Positions 14,201 through 29,200 of a stretch of 64,000 nt of DNA are shown in pieces. Positions within the stretch are counted from its first letter, which is position 1; every line of letters starts with the position of its first letter. The position numbers and the translations under genes are program-made. The notes under the pieces were generated by a model. It did no database searches and had not been told where the DNA came from. It saw only the letters and a program-made list of their open reading frames with translations. The stretch comes from Phoronis australis (taxonomy: Eukaryota > Animalia > Phoronida), in the NCBI GenBank assembly GCA_002633005.1, contig NMRA01000697.1:1-64000 (forward strand). The letters are read 5' to 3'.

Positions 14201-17200
14201 TTGAAAAAGTATGGAAAGGTACTGACACTTTGCTCTGTCACAATATGACACATAAACATGGTAATTGGATTTATTTTTCCTATTGCATGCCATTATAGAG
14301 TGTCCCCATTTGATGGAATTATTATGTTTAAAAATGAAAGGGTAAATAATTATTATACTTCTTGATGATAAAAGTTAATGAGATACATCATAAGAAACTG
14401 CTCTCAAAACTACATGAATTCATGCTGAGAACACTGTATGTTTACATAAATCTTAAGATGCTGACCTATTTCACAAGATTTATGTAAACATACAGTGTTA
14501 GCATCTTAATATATTAAACTATTAAAAGAATGCTACGCATTTATCAAACTATAATACACAACTATACGTTAACAAATGCAATAACAACTACATGTAGACA
14601 TGCGCAGAGGATGTTGGCAGTTTGCATGCTGCTATGGGTACACTAGGAAGCTGACAAGTTCATGCCGGTTGACAAGCACTCACAGAGGACATCTATCAAC
14701 TCAAGGTGTATGGGAAGTAACTACTGCAAAAGTAAAAAAAATTCAAAGATTAGGTTTTCATCTCCATGGATGACCATAAAGATCATAAGTCAAATTTTCT
14801 GAATGATAAACTAAAGCTGATATTTCATAAAAAACAATTAATGAGTTTCATTACGGATTTTGAAAAAATACAAAGAAAATTGCTATATAAATTGTAAAAC
14901 AATGCCAGAAAATTATTGCTTGATGGTTCTGAAAATCCAAATTATGTGCTGATACAACTGTCATGCACTTGTCAGTCAAACACCGTATACACGTAGTAAC
15001 TAAAACCAAATGAAACAATTTCAACACACAATAAAATGTTATTTATCTGCTAATAACAGAGACGTTAACACGACTAGTGCATAACAACAGTGTTTGATCA
15101 TGTGCAAGGGGTAGTCTTTTATATTTCATGCAGTGGTTTGCAACGAATAAGATATAAATCAACAACAACCATATTTCACCCGTCGTATTGTCATGACAAT
15201 AAAGCTACAGATTGCTGTTGTACACACCGAGACAACACGAATCCACAGAGAACAGAGACATTATCAAAAAATCATACTAAACCAGGTGAATATTCACACA
15301 GACTTACCACAATTATCTTCATCTGAGGTATCTAAACAGTCATATTTTCCATCACATACACCACTTCTACTGATACACAGGCCGTTCTGGCACTGAAACT
15401 CATGTGGCAGACAAGCTGGAAGAAAGAAATATTGTACATAAATTTTATTGACTTTCACCAAGATCAACATGTTGGTTTTTCAGATCCCAAAAATGTGATA
15501 ATCACACTAACATCATACTAACATACAGACCAAGTGTGAATGTCAAAAATTGTTTCATTATATAACAACATCCACAATGAATTCATGGAAGGAGGGTTGT
15601 TTGGCATTTTCATCACATGTCAATCATTCATTTATTCAGTGAGACACCAGTTTTTTACCCAAGGCGTCGTGAAACTTCCAGTAGATGCTTGGAATGGCCA
15701 AAAGAATAATCAATTATATTTTGGGAAAATCCCATGTTTTGATGCCACACAATGGCGTTTTCTCAATGAAAAACAATCAACAATTGTCAATTGGTTACAT
15801 CAATGTCATTACAGGACAGCACGGTGAGCATGCACACGCACATGCACAACTGCGTGCAAATGATCTTTAGTGCAATAGCATGATGGAAGGAACTTCCAAT
15901 CTCTTAATGGAAGTTTGCATTCACTGAGTAATTTAATTACTATAATTTGAAAACAAAAAGTGACGTCAGAATCTGGAAGACATAAGAAGGAGACTTCTGA
16001 GTTTGATGACATACTGGTGGCGCAGTAGTCAAGAACTGGGTTGTAAACAAGATCTCACAATCAAAGCACTCCCTAGATAAGTTCTTAAAAAGGAATTAAA
16101 CCAGCATTACCATGGTCAATATGAAAGCATAAGAAGTCAATGTGGAAATTTATTGACTAAGAGATATTGACCTCAGCTAAGTCTATAGTTTCAGAATTGG
16201 TTGAGATCACAAAACAACATAAATTTTTACACGACCACTGATATTTCTGTTTTCTGAATGGCTGCAACACAGTACAACAAAAATAGCACAATATTAACCA
16301 ACTTAGCATAGAATACCAGTTTTCATTTATGCCACTTGGACATCTGATGTTAATTTGACCAATCAGATGCTGCAGAAAGCATAAACCATGACTACAAAGC
16401 AAAGTGCACAGCAACGGCAGAAAAGGGGCATGCAGAACTATTCAAACAAGAAATAGATTGCATTTTATCCAAAAAGGGATGGTGTCAATGGGTTTTCAAA
16501 TAAGATCAGAGACAGTCTAGTTGACGTCTTGAGTGGAAATGGAAAAATCCCAAAATCTATTTTCTGCTGAAACAAAGGAACTACAGAGGCAAGGGAAAGC
16601 CAGGTGGACCTGCTCTGTCAGACGCTGACATTGACAGATTACCAGTATATACATACCTAACTTCATATCTAACCAATACTGAGATTCTGCAAAGGAAGTT
16701 ATTTGTTGGTGTGTTCTTGTAGGCCAGGAGAGGAAGAGAGGATTTGAGAGAGATTAAAAATAAACGAGGAGAATAAAACATACTTAGGCATGCAAGGTTA
16801 AAGGTGAGAATCAACTAAAAACCACCAGAATGATGAAAATGCCTCATTCAACAGACACATGTAGTTTGGGATTCAGAAATACTCTTATTACTAAATCTGT
16901 GGCGATATCTGGTAAAACCCAAATGCCATCTCAACCCAAAATGCTTTTACTGGTTTCAACAGCTGAAGCTTCAGAAAAACAAACTTCAATACACTAAATG
17001 ACATCCACCGTATGATAGTAAGCAAACAGCAAATTGGGAAACGTGATGAAACCAATTGGCAAAGCTGCAAGTTTGTTCAAAATCTATTCCAACTTCAGGC
17101 TTGAACTACCGCTATTAAAATCCTAGACCAACCGAATGTCGAGTCGACACATAGTTGCACACACTGGCCACACATCTGTTAGCAGGCTATCCTCCTACCA

Positions 17201-20200
17201 TGGACATCTATCCTCCAACCGTCGACAAATTATACACAAGTGGAAGGAAAAAATAACGAAAGATGTTGGAAATCAAGTTTCTGGAAAAAGAATCGATCTG
17301 CCAGTCCAGCAATTCGTGCGATAAATTCTTTACTGTAGCCCAATGTGTCATCCTAGTTTAACCATTCACAAGATATATTGTTCAGTAACATAGTCACAGA
17401 CTTCTAAAAAGACTTTGTGACCAGCTTGAGTTACCACAGAGATCAAGAATTCAAGTGGAATTGGCAAATACACAACCAAACAAATTTCACTGATGACCGT
17501 TAACCTACATCCATTTGGTCACAAGTGGAATGTCAGAATAAACTATGATGTTTATCAAAACAGATTTGCCATGGAACAGTTTGAATTCTAGTTAAAATGC
17601 TTTATTGCTTAAATTCAGTAGATGTTTTTAAGTTAGAAATTATCAAGTTAAGTGGTTCTTCATTATAAGATTGACCTACTTACACTTGTTGAACGAAATT
17701 TCTCAATACAATAAATTTCATAGCCAGAGGACAGAAGCATCAGTACTCATTGGCCTAGGGCAATGTTGCTCTCCCTTGGTCTATTTGAATTGATAACGCC
17801 CTTGGGATAGCATCATATTTGTAGGAATTATTTCTGCACAGTCACTAGTATGATAGTAATGATCATGTGAAAGCACTCAGGGGTCTCCAGGCCCGTAACA
17901 ATAAAAAAATAAGAAACAACTCAACTCTAAAATTGACCAATCACATCACACCTCCCAAGACCTCATCGCATCATTGTACCGGTCAGTATTAAAAATAGCT
18001 CCTGCTTTAGTGTGCTGCACTACATCAATCCAAAAAATATCCCGCATACTAAGTGGCATACACGAGATTCGAGGTTCTCTGGGCACAGTCCTATAGACAT
18101 AAGACACTCCTGAGTAAAAATAGTGTGTTCACGTGCTTCGTTATAACGCATGGGGATAACTCGCAAAGTGTTATGACTTTGTATTTTCACAAGGTTCTGG
18201 CGACTATCATATGCTATGCTACATCTAGGCAAAGACTTTAGAATGCTTTTCTGCACACCAGCAGTGCAACGATCGCTAGTTAGGCTACTTTAAAAAACTT
18301 AGGAAATAATACCCCAATTCTTTAATCAAATTTTGTTAACCTGCTAAATTTTGAGTTTCGGCGTTACCATGTCTATAAAACTCTTATACTTTTCAGCAAG
18401 CCTCTGGCTCTCCCTCAGTAAACCACACATTTTGTACGCTTGTGACAATGGCAATAATGGTGATTTTGCACAATAAAATCCAACTATCAGAATTAGATTT
18501 ACTCACTGCAGTTTTTCTCATCTGAGAGATCTTTACAGTTATACACAGAGTTGCACCACAGTGATTTAGCCACACACAGTCCATCGTCACACTGTTTCTG
18601 TTTATCATTACAGTTGAACTCTGGAAAAGAATTTGAGCATGACAGTTAGCCATTGATAAAAACATAACTTTTTGTAAGAAATAAGAGATTCTTAAATCAG
18701 TACCAATTTATTAAAAATCTCTTCCTTTTAGGATACCATATGACAAAGAAATTTTACATAAATCAATATTTAGTAGCTTCAAATAAATATTTCATTACCG
18801 TTACGTTCTATAACCTAGCTAGCACCAGGTTTGAGAAAAATAAGTCTATGAGTATTCACAAGAGTATTGGAAGACTTTGAAAATAATTTTAAAAATTAAT
18901 TTTGGTAATTATCTTTGTTCAAAATTGTTGAGATACTACGTCACCACAAATGCATGAACATAATACAATCACAATATGTACAATACAAACTGCAAATTCA
19001 ATGGACATAGCTTTTAAAAATAATTTCAGAAAATGAAAACAATCAAACATGAAATTCAAGGTCCAGACCATGGCTTCAAACTAACGTTCGAAGATGCATA
19101 ACAATTCGTTAATTGATTTCATGTAATATAAAGCCAATACTAACTGCAAGAGTTCTCCTCATCTGACCCATCCGGACAATTAGTTATACCATCACACACT
19201 TGGACTGGGTCAATGCAGTGGCCAGATTTACATTGAAAACCATCCGTGCAAGCTGGAAAGATAAGTGAAATAATTCATTTACCTTCCTCAATCACGAGAG
19301 AGTAAGAAAATAGAAAAGTATTGTTCAACCTTAACTTCAGTGTTCATTGTAACAAACAACAATAGAAAAACAAGAACATCAACAACATAACCATGGCACA
19401 TGATACTTGTGTTCGCGAGACCAATTTAGTGTCAGTATTATAATTTTAAAAAACGAGTAATCTAAAAGTAAGTCTTAAAAATCAGGCATAAATGATTTTT
19501 TTGGAAATGTGTTCCATGTACATGGCACATGCTTCAAAGAGGTTCCTACGATGTATTATAATAATCGGGAATCAACAGCATGCTAAAAATTATGAACAAA
19601 AGAGCTTCAACTATGTCTTCATTTTCCTTTCTAACTGGAAGTTAACCTTTCAGCAATACAACAAGTCTACAAACTCGGTAAAGAACTTCATCAGGAAGGT
19701 AGAGTGTGAAGAGTGTTTTTTGCTATTCCACAAGAAATTGTGCATAATTATCTCAACACTCAATCTGGATGAAGCAGACGCCTAAAGCCAAGAATAGAGA
19801 CAAGGGGGTCTTCGTCTTAGTCCCGTTTTCAACAAATTTTTATGCCACCTAGCACAAAAACTCAATATCGCTGAAGAAGATATTAGCTACAGGACATTGA
19901 AATAACATAAGGTAACTTTGCCTATTGTCTTGTGGAAGGATAACAAGAGCCATGCTTCACTAAACTTACAACAATTGAGTTCATCACTCAAGTCAGCACA
20001 ATCAAACTTCCTGTCACATCTTTGACCATTACGTAGACATCTGCCATCAGATTTACACGAGAACCTGTAGTCATTATCACAGACACCTGAAAAAATATCA
20101 ATTCGGTCATACCAACCATTTGATAATCTTGTGAAAACAGTATCCTACCTACCTGAGTCCATAACCAAACATGGCTAAGAATCCGCTAATAAATTTCAAC

Positions 20201-23200
20201 AACTTCAATTTTTCTTCAATCTCGGATTGACGTCCAATGCCATGTGTATTCACCAAAATGAATACAATAGTTTCACCTGTACCAAACTGCTGTCACTGTT
20301 GCCAAATATTGTGCAGCAGTTGTTATCCAACTGTTAGACAACCAAACATTTTGACTGCCAGTTGATAAATAGAGCTTGTGCGCAACTCAGGCATCACAAC
20401 TAGTATGCCAATTGCAATGGCACAGGTTTTGTTTTACTTCGACTGCATTTTTTAGAAAACATTATTTAAATGCTGACAGAAGGCAAGTTTTCCATGATGG
20501 AGCAATGAAGCTTTTGTTAAAGCACGTCAAACTCATTTTTTCTAAGCTGGCCTTTGCAGGTTTTTTAGCTATCAAAAGCATTGCGCTGTTAGTTTAAATA
20601 GTTGAAAAAACCTTATTTCACCATATAGGCCACATTCGGTTTGAACCGCCAAAAACAAAACAAGTTCTGTGAGGATAGGATACGTTTAATTGCTACTTGC
20701 ATACTTACTGCAGTTGGCTGGCTCATCCACTCCACTGGCACAGTCTTTTCTACCATTACAAAATAAACTAAAGCCAGGCACACACTTTCCATCACACAAA
20801 AACTGTTCGGGCAAGCAAGCTGGAAGGTGAATGAAGACAAATGTACTTTGTGATACAACAAAGGTCATAGAAGAGAGAAACGAATAAAGGTATGGACAGT
20901 GTGGGTTGACCACATAAAACGATTGCACTAAGTTAAATTTAAAAATGTTGTAATACTTTTCAGGATAGGAAAAATTGTTTACAATATGCATACATCTTAA
21001 ATTTGTCTTAGGAAATCTTAGCCATGCACAATGTTTTAAAAGGCCCAGTAAAAAATAAAGTTTTGTTTCTGTCACAGCTAAAAATTACCGATACCCTGAT
21101 AGTTCTGACAACAAAATTCCATGATTTGTTACCAATCTGATAAGCAAATGGCAGAAACAAGTTACCGGTAAATCTTTACTGGCTAATACAACAAGTCTTC
21201 TTTGGGAACTGTTAACACAAGACCACTAGTCTTTTGTAGACATTAAGAGTATTGTATGTATGTGTTCAAGACATTTTCTCAACGACGTGGTAATACTGGT
21301 TTACCCCCACTCCTAGCTAAATGTTAATTGACCGTGTATATCTGACTATTGTGGACTAGTCAATCACAGTTTTGTTTTGTCCATGCCTGGCTTGACCATT
21401 CATTTGTAATGGGCATTCAAATTTTGGTTCTTACTATGTGTACATGTAATTCCATGTAGTGTTAAGTATGGGTGGAAAACTCCAATACGTAATATCAGTA
21501 ATACCTTCTATTTGCAATACTATACATACTATACTGCAATTATAGTGTAAACAAAACAATTAAATGGTAAATTATAGTTCCCCTGCTTTACTATCAGTAC
21601 ATACAACAATGTCCCATCAGTGTTCACTTTATGTAACGAAACAACAGTTGAAATAAAACATCATTCATTTCTACTTACAACAACCAGGCTCTTCATCCTC
21701 TCCATCTGGACAATCATTGTACCCATTACACCATGTGTAGACATACTGACACACACCAGACACATTACACCGGTACATTTCCTTTGAACATTCTGTAATG
21801 GGCAGTTAAAGGAACTGATGTTACACAAACAAACAATTTAACTTTGTAGACAAATTTGTTTCATAAATCTGAGCTCAGCTTCACACACAACAATATCAGT
21901 GCAGCCTTCAAAGAGACACAGGTTTTTCGCATTACCGAAAAACATGTGGAAATCAGACTTCTTTCGAACAAAATTTCAATAGTGGAAAAAAAATATATTT
22001 TTTGGTTTTAGTAATCAAAAATTAAGAATTACATCAAATTTGACATAAATTGGCCACAAATCGACCGATGGTCATTTTGCACCAGCCATTTCCAAGACAA
22101 GTAGGTGTTCATCCTTTCTGAAGGTGGAACAGTTCTCTTCGTGGTTTTGAGAAACACTAAACATGGTGGGCACCAACAAAACTTATAGGTAAAACGGAGC
22201 TACGGCATAATGCAATTGTCAGATCATTTTTATGTTATTTATCATTTTAAAATTTAGTAAAATGTCTCTTTTCATGATTTACAAAGCTGAATTTTATGTT
22301 TGAAAAACACATTTCCCTCTTATTTAGAACAACATGGATCATATGATAGTGATTAGTGACTGCTCAGAACTATAATCAATTTCAGTCTTTGTAACATGAA
22401 AGGCACTTGAAAATCTGCTCTCAAAATTCTGATAAACCCGACAAAAGCAACATTTTACCAACTTCTGAATACACAGATTACAGCTGTTTAAAGATTATAA
22501 GAAAAATATTTCTCCTGCACAAAAACAATTCATTTGTTTCAAACAAGTGCAAACTTATTGCTCAGAGAGTATGTAAAGACTGCAAGAGGACAGTGATCAT
22601 TTAACAGTTGCATTCCACAGATGGAGCTCATGATCAACATACCACAGTTGAGTTCATCACTACGGTCAGTCAGTACCGGACAGTCCTGGACTGCATTACA
22701 CCTGCGAGCCGCTGAGATACATGCTCCATTAGTACACATGAACTCATCTCTAGCACAGGCTACAACAACAACAACAACCAGAGATTATATAATGTAAACA
22801 ATGTTAATAATATAGTAGACATGAAAGACAATGGAAATAATAAGCAAAATGACAAAGTGATAATTAATATTAATATATAAATATAATTTTAGCAATAACA
22901 ATACGGTAATAATAATAATAACAAATAGTGATTATGATGGTAGTAATAATCATTTATGACAAATTGTAAAGCCATTTAATAAGTATTTATATGAGGCAAT
23001 GAGACCATTTGGCTGTAATTCTTAAATCGGATACAGAATAATTTAGCATCCCTTCAAAAATCACTTATTTCATCCAGTCTCATTTGCGTGTCATTTTTAA
23101 CGTTTCAACATCATGACAGGCATGACTTAAATTTGCAATAAATACATTCGGCAACAAAGAATAATGCACTCCAAAGTTCTGCTTTAAAAATAAACACAAT

Positions 23201-26200
23201 GAATATTGGTAAAAAATATTGTTTTGTGAGACAGAAATAAAAACAGCATACAGACAAGTGGTTTTTAATAAAATTTGCAAAGATAAGAATTTCATAACAG
23301 AAAAGACTACAATACCAAAATGGAAAGCAATGTAAACTTATGTGGGGGGAATGAATTACTAACAAATAACGGGTGTTGAACTTCGAACAACAAATATGTA
23401 CAATCAGTGCTTTACCTACGTTGACAAATAAAAACCTGGGCCTTGTTTAAAAACCTTCAACCATATTTTGAAACCCAGACCTTTTTCTGGTCTACAATTT
23501 ATGAAATGCAAATGATTAATACAGAATTGCACGATTTTTATTATTTTGCTGATAATGACAGGTAGGCATACTTGTCCCTGTGAATCAGCTACAAGGGAGA
23601 TTACAACATGAGTCATGTTAATGTTTATGTACAGAGAACCCCAACAATACAGAGAGATCATTATTACTCACGAGGGTAGTTACACCTGTCCAGACCTTCA
23701 TCACTGCCATCAGAACATTGTAGAGTCTTATCACAGAGCTGGCTGGCCGGAATACAGTCACCATTACTGCAGGTGAACTCGTCAAACTTGCATTCTACAA
23801 TGTAACAATACATAATGAAGAGTCACCTAATAATGCACTAGAATTTTCTTAATCTTTCTTTTTGTAGGAAAATTTTGCAAAATAAAAATTCACGTGTCCA
23901 GCATATTGTGCACTAAACAGGATAATAAAAGTATTATTGAACAAATCAGTTAATTATGTTATGTCACAGAGTGCAGGATAACCTTCTGACATGACCCGTT
24001 TAAACCTGCATCCGAAGCAAATAAATGAGAACCTTCCTTCTCTCAAATGTCTGCTTCGACTTGTGGATCAAAAAGTCCAGCTAACCTTAGTGCATTCTAC
24101 ATGCACATGCTTTCAAATAACAACACAAACCAACTGACTTTAAATCCATTTCTATTGTGCTAACTTCTACACTTACTACATGTTCCATTCCTCATGGTCA
24201 CATCATCAATAGCAATGTCACTGGTTTCATTGTCTCCCATCCAGGCATCGAATACAATCCGGCTGAAACCTACATTAGAAAGGTCGAGTCGTGCCATGTG
24301 CCACTTGTCTCCTTGGTTACCAATACGTTCCCACTTCTTAATACGTCCAGCAACGTTAATTAGAGATACCTACAAAACATGCATGATATGTATTTAAGTT
24401 ATACAATGTCATGGATACCATGAGGTGGCATACTGTGCTTTTGGAATCAGAAATTTTGAAAACATCATATTTACAGGTCATGTTTGTCTATACCATGCAA
24501 AATACCTTCAAATATTTGCTGCCATGGTCAAATTTGGTGTGTTTACAGCTACAGAATGAAATAAATAAAATCTCATGAAAAACATATTAGTAGGCAATGA
24601 GTCTCAAAGGGATCCAGCAAGTTAGTAATATGTTACTCATTCCCTATCAGCACAAAGGGCTTGAAAATTGCTGCAGGTCCGCATTCCATCAAAAAATAGA
24701 CCTTTGATTTAGACCATTTACCATTACGAAAATGGTCTCAAATTAGAAGTGGTTCCAGGATGTGAGAAGAACAGACAATTTGCTATTGCTGGAGAATAGG
24801 CTCAAGAGAATGAAACATCATTTTATGTGCTGAGCATGGTCTCAAGCGATAACAAATAGACAGATCTCTACTAGCCTGAAAATCACTTCTTATCAGGAAA
24901 GAATAAATTGAGACCAATTTCACAGCATTAAAACAGAAGTTCACTTTCTTGACACCAGGCAGGTTCACAGCAGCTTTAACTGACTGTTAAATGTTCCTCA
25001 TATAACACAGTAACTGCACCAATGAATGTTCCCTATAATAACACAGAAACTGCACTTATGAACGTTCCCCATATAATGCAATAGCTGCACCAATGAACGT
25101 TCCCCATATAACACAGTAACTGCACTTATGAACGTTCCCCATATAACACAGTAACTGCACTTATGAATGTTCCCCATAAAATACAGTAACTGCACTTAGG
25201 AGACCCGAAAATTGTGAAAAAAGCAATATAGCAACTTGATTGAAAATATTTCATCTTGCACTGTCTTAATGTCACACAGGTCAAGAAAAAGCTTACAAAC
25301 TGTATTTTTTGTGATGATTTTACATTTTCACTGTAAAGCAATAGTCCAAAAACAAACATTTATAAAGTATTAACACTACTCCCCATTAAGTCGGTTTCAC
25401 TGCACAGCAATAGTTCAGAAATGAACACTTACAGTGAGTCTGCCCATGCCTGTCCCATACATGTGATAGTAGAATGTGAGACATGTTTGCCCTGTCGGTG
25501 TGTAGACTGGTGATATCAGTATACATGTAGAACCAGATGATATGTCAGGATTGGCATCCATGAGAACATAACCACCTGCAATATGAAAAATGCGTGTTAC
25601 CAAATGTGACGTGATCTACCAGCACCTTCAGCGAGTGCAACTCACCTTAGCATGACTCTGAAAAACATGGAGTGCAAAAGAATGTGGAAATGAATAGCAT
25701 GTATAACAAAACACACAGCACAGATTTATTTAATATACATTTAGCTGTTTCGTCATTCAAGAATTTCACAAATCCCTTAACTGTGATGTCAATCTCATAT
25801 TTTGCACTTAGATCAAAAAGTTTTTAAAATAATCTTTAATGAGATGCTGAAAAATATCCATCTTTGACAACCGAGGAGAGGTCACCCTTTGAAAGCTCAT
25901 AGTAAGATCAATACCAGTTGTTCGGCATAAAACATATGACTGTTTTTGTCAAAGGAGTAACTGCCTTTCTACTATATACAAACTAAACAGCAAAACTGTA
26001 ATGCACAGCTGATCTAATTAGATTACTGATGTTTACAGTGACAACAAGGGGTGCATACTTTATGTAAACTTTTATTACTTACTAGACAGCATGTTGCCAT
26101 AAGTGTGATCAAACCGAGGCCCTGTTTCCCTGCCGCTATCGTAATTATGCCACGTCCAGTCTAAGGAGTCACTTTTAGTCTGTTTATAGTTACAGAACTT

Positions 26201-29200
26201 GTCTTGAGGTCCAAACGTGCAGTCAAGCCCGAATTCTGTATAACACAATCAACAGCTAGCTACAGAATTCACAGAAAGATGGGCAAGAATTTAGGCAGGA
26301 CTTTCTTTGACAAGACTAAAGAGTAATGAATCCAGGTTTGATATCCTATTAATTAAGTGGTAACAATTAACAAGAGAGGCAAGACAGTTAGCGGTAACCT
26401 GATTATGTAAAGGGAATTTGATTTGGTTAGTATAACAGACACTGAACAAGTATTTTCCTCCCATTCTCTTGGTTTATGTCCATTTCACAAATCTGTGAAA
26501 AGCGCTCCGATGGCCCTTCAAATCTGTGTAAGGCTACCAACCTGGCGAGCAACCCTTTTCGTCAGAGAAGTCATAACAGTCAAAGTAGCCGTCGCAGACT
26601 TGTTGTTTTTTGATACATTTCCTTTCCACACTACAGACAAACTCATCCTCTTGACAGCCTGAAATAACAACAAAAAAACTGATAATACATGTGTGACTTC
26701 AACTGCCCGTTTCTTGAAGTGACTTACAAATAAGATTCTATAATTTGGTCTCATGCTCCACACATTTATTTCTAAAAGTAATTAATATAGAAGTGAACTT
26801 GTGCAAAATTGCAGTCTCTGAAAATACACATATAACTGCCGGTTACTGGGATAATTCAATCTACAAATTATTTCTAGACTGGGAGGTGACCATAATTTTC
26901 TAAACCTTTATTCAGTTATTGTGAAGTGGGGGTCTACGACCAAATTTCTGTCTTAAATATGCAGTTTTACTTTTCATGAAGAATACGCTAGGGATTATCC
27001 ATGAAAAACATGGAAATGGGAAAATTTAATAGTTTTCAACTGCAATGCATGGCGTTGAAGCAGCAAGGCAAAATTTCAAAAAAGTTTAATACGTCACTTG
27101 ATTGTAGCTAAGAGGTCACTGCACATCTCTGAAACTTTTGTGCCTGAACGAGTTGGGACATGGTTTTTTTTTATCATTTTATTTCTAAATACACTAATAT
27201 TTACAAACAATAAGATCTTTGCAAATGAAACACAGGCACACACACACGCACGCACACATATCTAAATTACAGAAATTCACGGTTGGTCTAAAATAAATAG
27301 GCATTGATGGTTTCCCAAAAGGCAGTTTTGCGGGGTTGTATATTCCTTACTTTACAGTAATTATACAAGAAACATTGAAATTGTGAATACCGTATTCGCC
27401 GTAATAACCGCCCAGGGCGCTTAGAAAAGTTCGGTTCGGGGGGGGCGCTTATTATAACCCAGGCGATTGAAACCCGGTCTCCGGAACGGGTGAAATCGGA
27501 AGCTAAGATTCATCAAATTTACGCTGTGACGTATATGTAATCTATGAAAGACTTTCAACAAAACTGTGGTGCATTGCTATCAAACTTTGCTGCTAAATTA
27601 CGATCATGTTACAGAAAATTGTGCTGAAATCCCAGGGCGAAAACTCGCCGACTGACTGCCTCGAAATCGCCATCTTCGACACATTTGACTCGGTAAGGCC
27701 CATATTAGTCGCCGTGTAGCTGGATGCGTACGTAACTATCTGACAGTTATTTTTCGGTGTAAGGGTGTGTAAGTGCATTCACTGTCAGTTGTCATTTTAT
27801 CGGATATTCGGCTTAAAAACACCAATTATGGTTAATCAAACAATCCATCTCAAAAATAACGCAAACATGTTTTATAGTATTAGAAATTGTCGGAAATTAG
27901 TGCCAATATTCATTTCTTATCGATGCTATGCTACCCGTTTCATGAATGGATAGTTCCCAACTATATATATGTAGCGCGCGCTTCCTGGCCACGTGCGTTT
28001 AACACCGAGTTATTTTTTATTCATGAGACAGTCGATGTGTCTACTGAAAGGTCAGACCATAGTGGGACGCGGTCGTCGCGAGAGCCTAGCAACGCTGTTG
28101 CGTTCTTTTTGAAGCGCTGCATTACTTTGAAGTGTAAAGCCACGGCTAAATACAAACGTAGCAGTGCCGCTGGTGGTCTAGACGACCGTGCAAAATTTTT
28201 TTGATAAATTGAAGACGTTACTGTAGCCGAGTTTTAGGACTGTAGGTACATCATTGTTTGCATGTACACGTTCATGGACTGGGCGCTTATTTCAGCAAAG
28301 TCTGAAAACGCGTGGGAGGGCGCTTATAGGGGCATGGGCGGTTATTACGGCGAATACGGTATTTAGGAATAATCTGGCTTCTAGAACATCTATGGATGAA
28401 ATACTGGCAAATAGTTAATATGGTATTGATATCTTCAAAATTACATACAAAATATGCTGTCAGAATAACATTTCTATCCAAGACTAAATCGTGTTGTGCA
28501 GTTACGTAAATTAAAAGTTTCTGAATTTCACACCACAAAGTTTTCAGAGTTGGGACATGGTAATCTGTGTACCTGACACAGATCACTTCATTCAGCCAGA
28601 ATATTTGTACAATTTTCAAGCGTATCTTACCAATAGGCTCACAGGAACCAGGGACAAATGAGATATCGTCTATGGCAATGTCACCTAGACCATAACCACC
28701 GTAAAATGCCACAAATAAAAATGAAAAGGTTCCAGGTGAAACAGGTATCTGTAATCAAATATAGAAAATAATTAGTATTCAGAAGTCCAATGTGTTAGAA
28801 CATTATCAATTGTAAATTCTACTGCCTATAACTAGTGAGGGAACACTGGAAAGGTGAATAAGACTCAGCAATAGACTGTAATAGAACTCAATGCAAAAGA
28901 ACAGAGCAAGATACAACTGAAGAATATTTTTTACCATAAATATAAGTTTAATACAGCAAACTAAATCACCCTGCACAATTGACAAAATATACACAAGTGA
29001 AAAAATTTAAGTTTATACAAAGAGTTTCATTGCAAAACAAGGTGTCCATCAAATTCACATAATTTGGAGCATTCAGCACTAGGATAAATCAGGTTTTGCT
29101 GAAACAATGATTGAAAAACCATGTGGCCAGGCAGATGTGGACAGTGGTTTTAAATTTTATAAAAATCTTGTTACCCCATGAAACTCTACATATAAAGCAC

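Noticed and set aside
11616-18506. Searched the two long introns for additional LDLa exons
   Set aside because: Only 15415-15308 was found; the candidate near 14683-14724 has stops and lacks the Cys pattern.
24991-25197. 35-bp repeats of CRISPR-like length
   Set aside because: Head-to-tail with no unique spacers and no cas genes, in a eukaryotic intron: a minisatellite.
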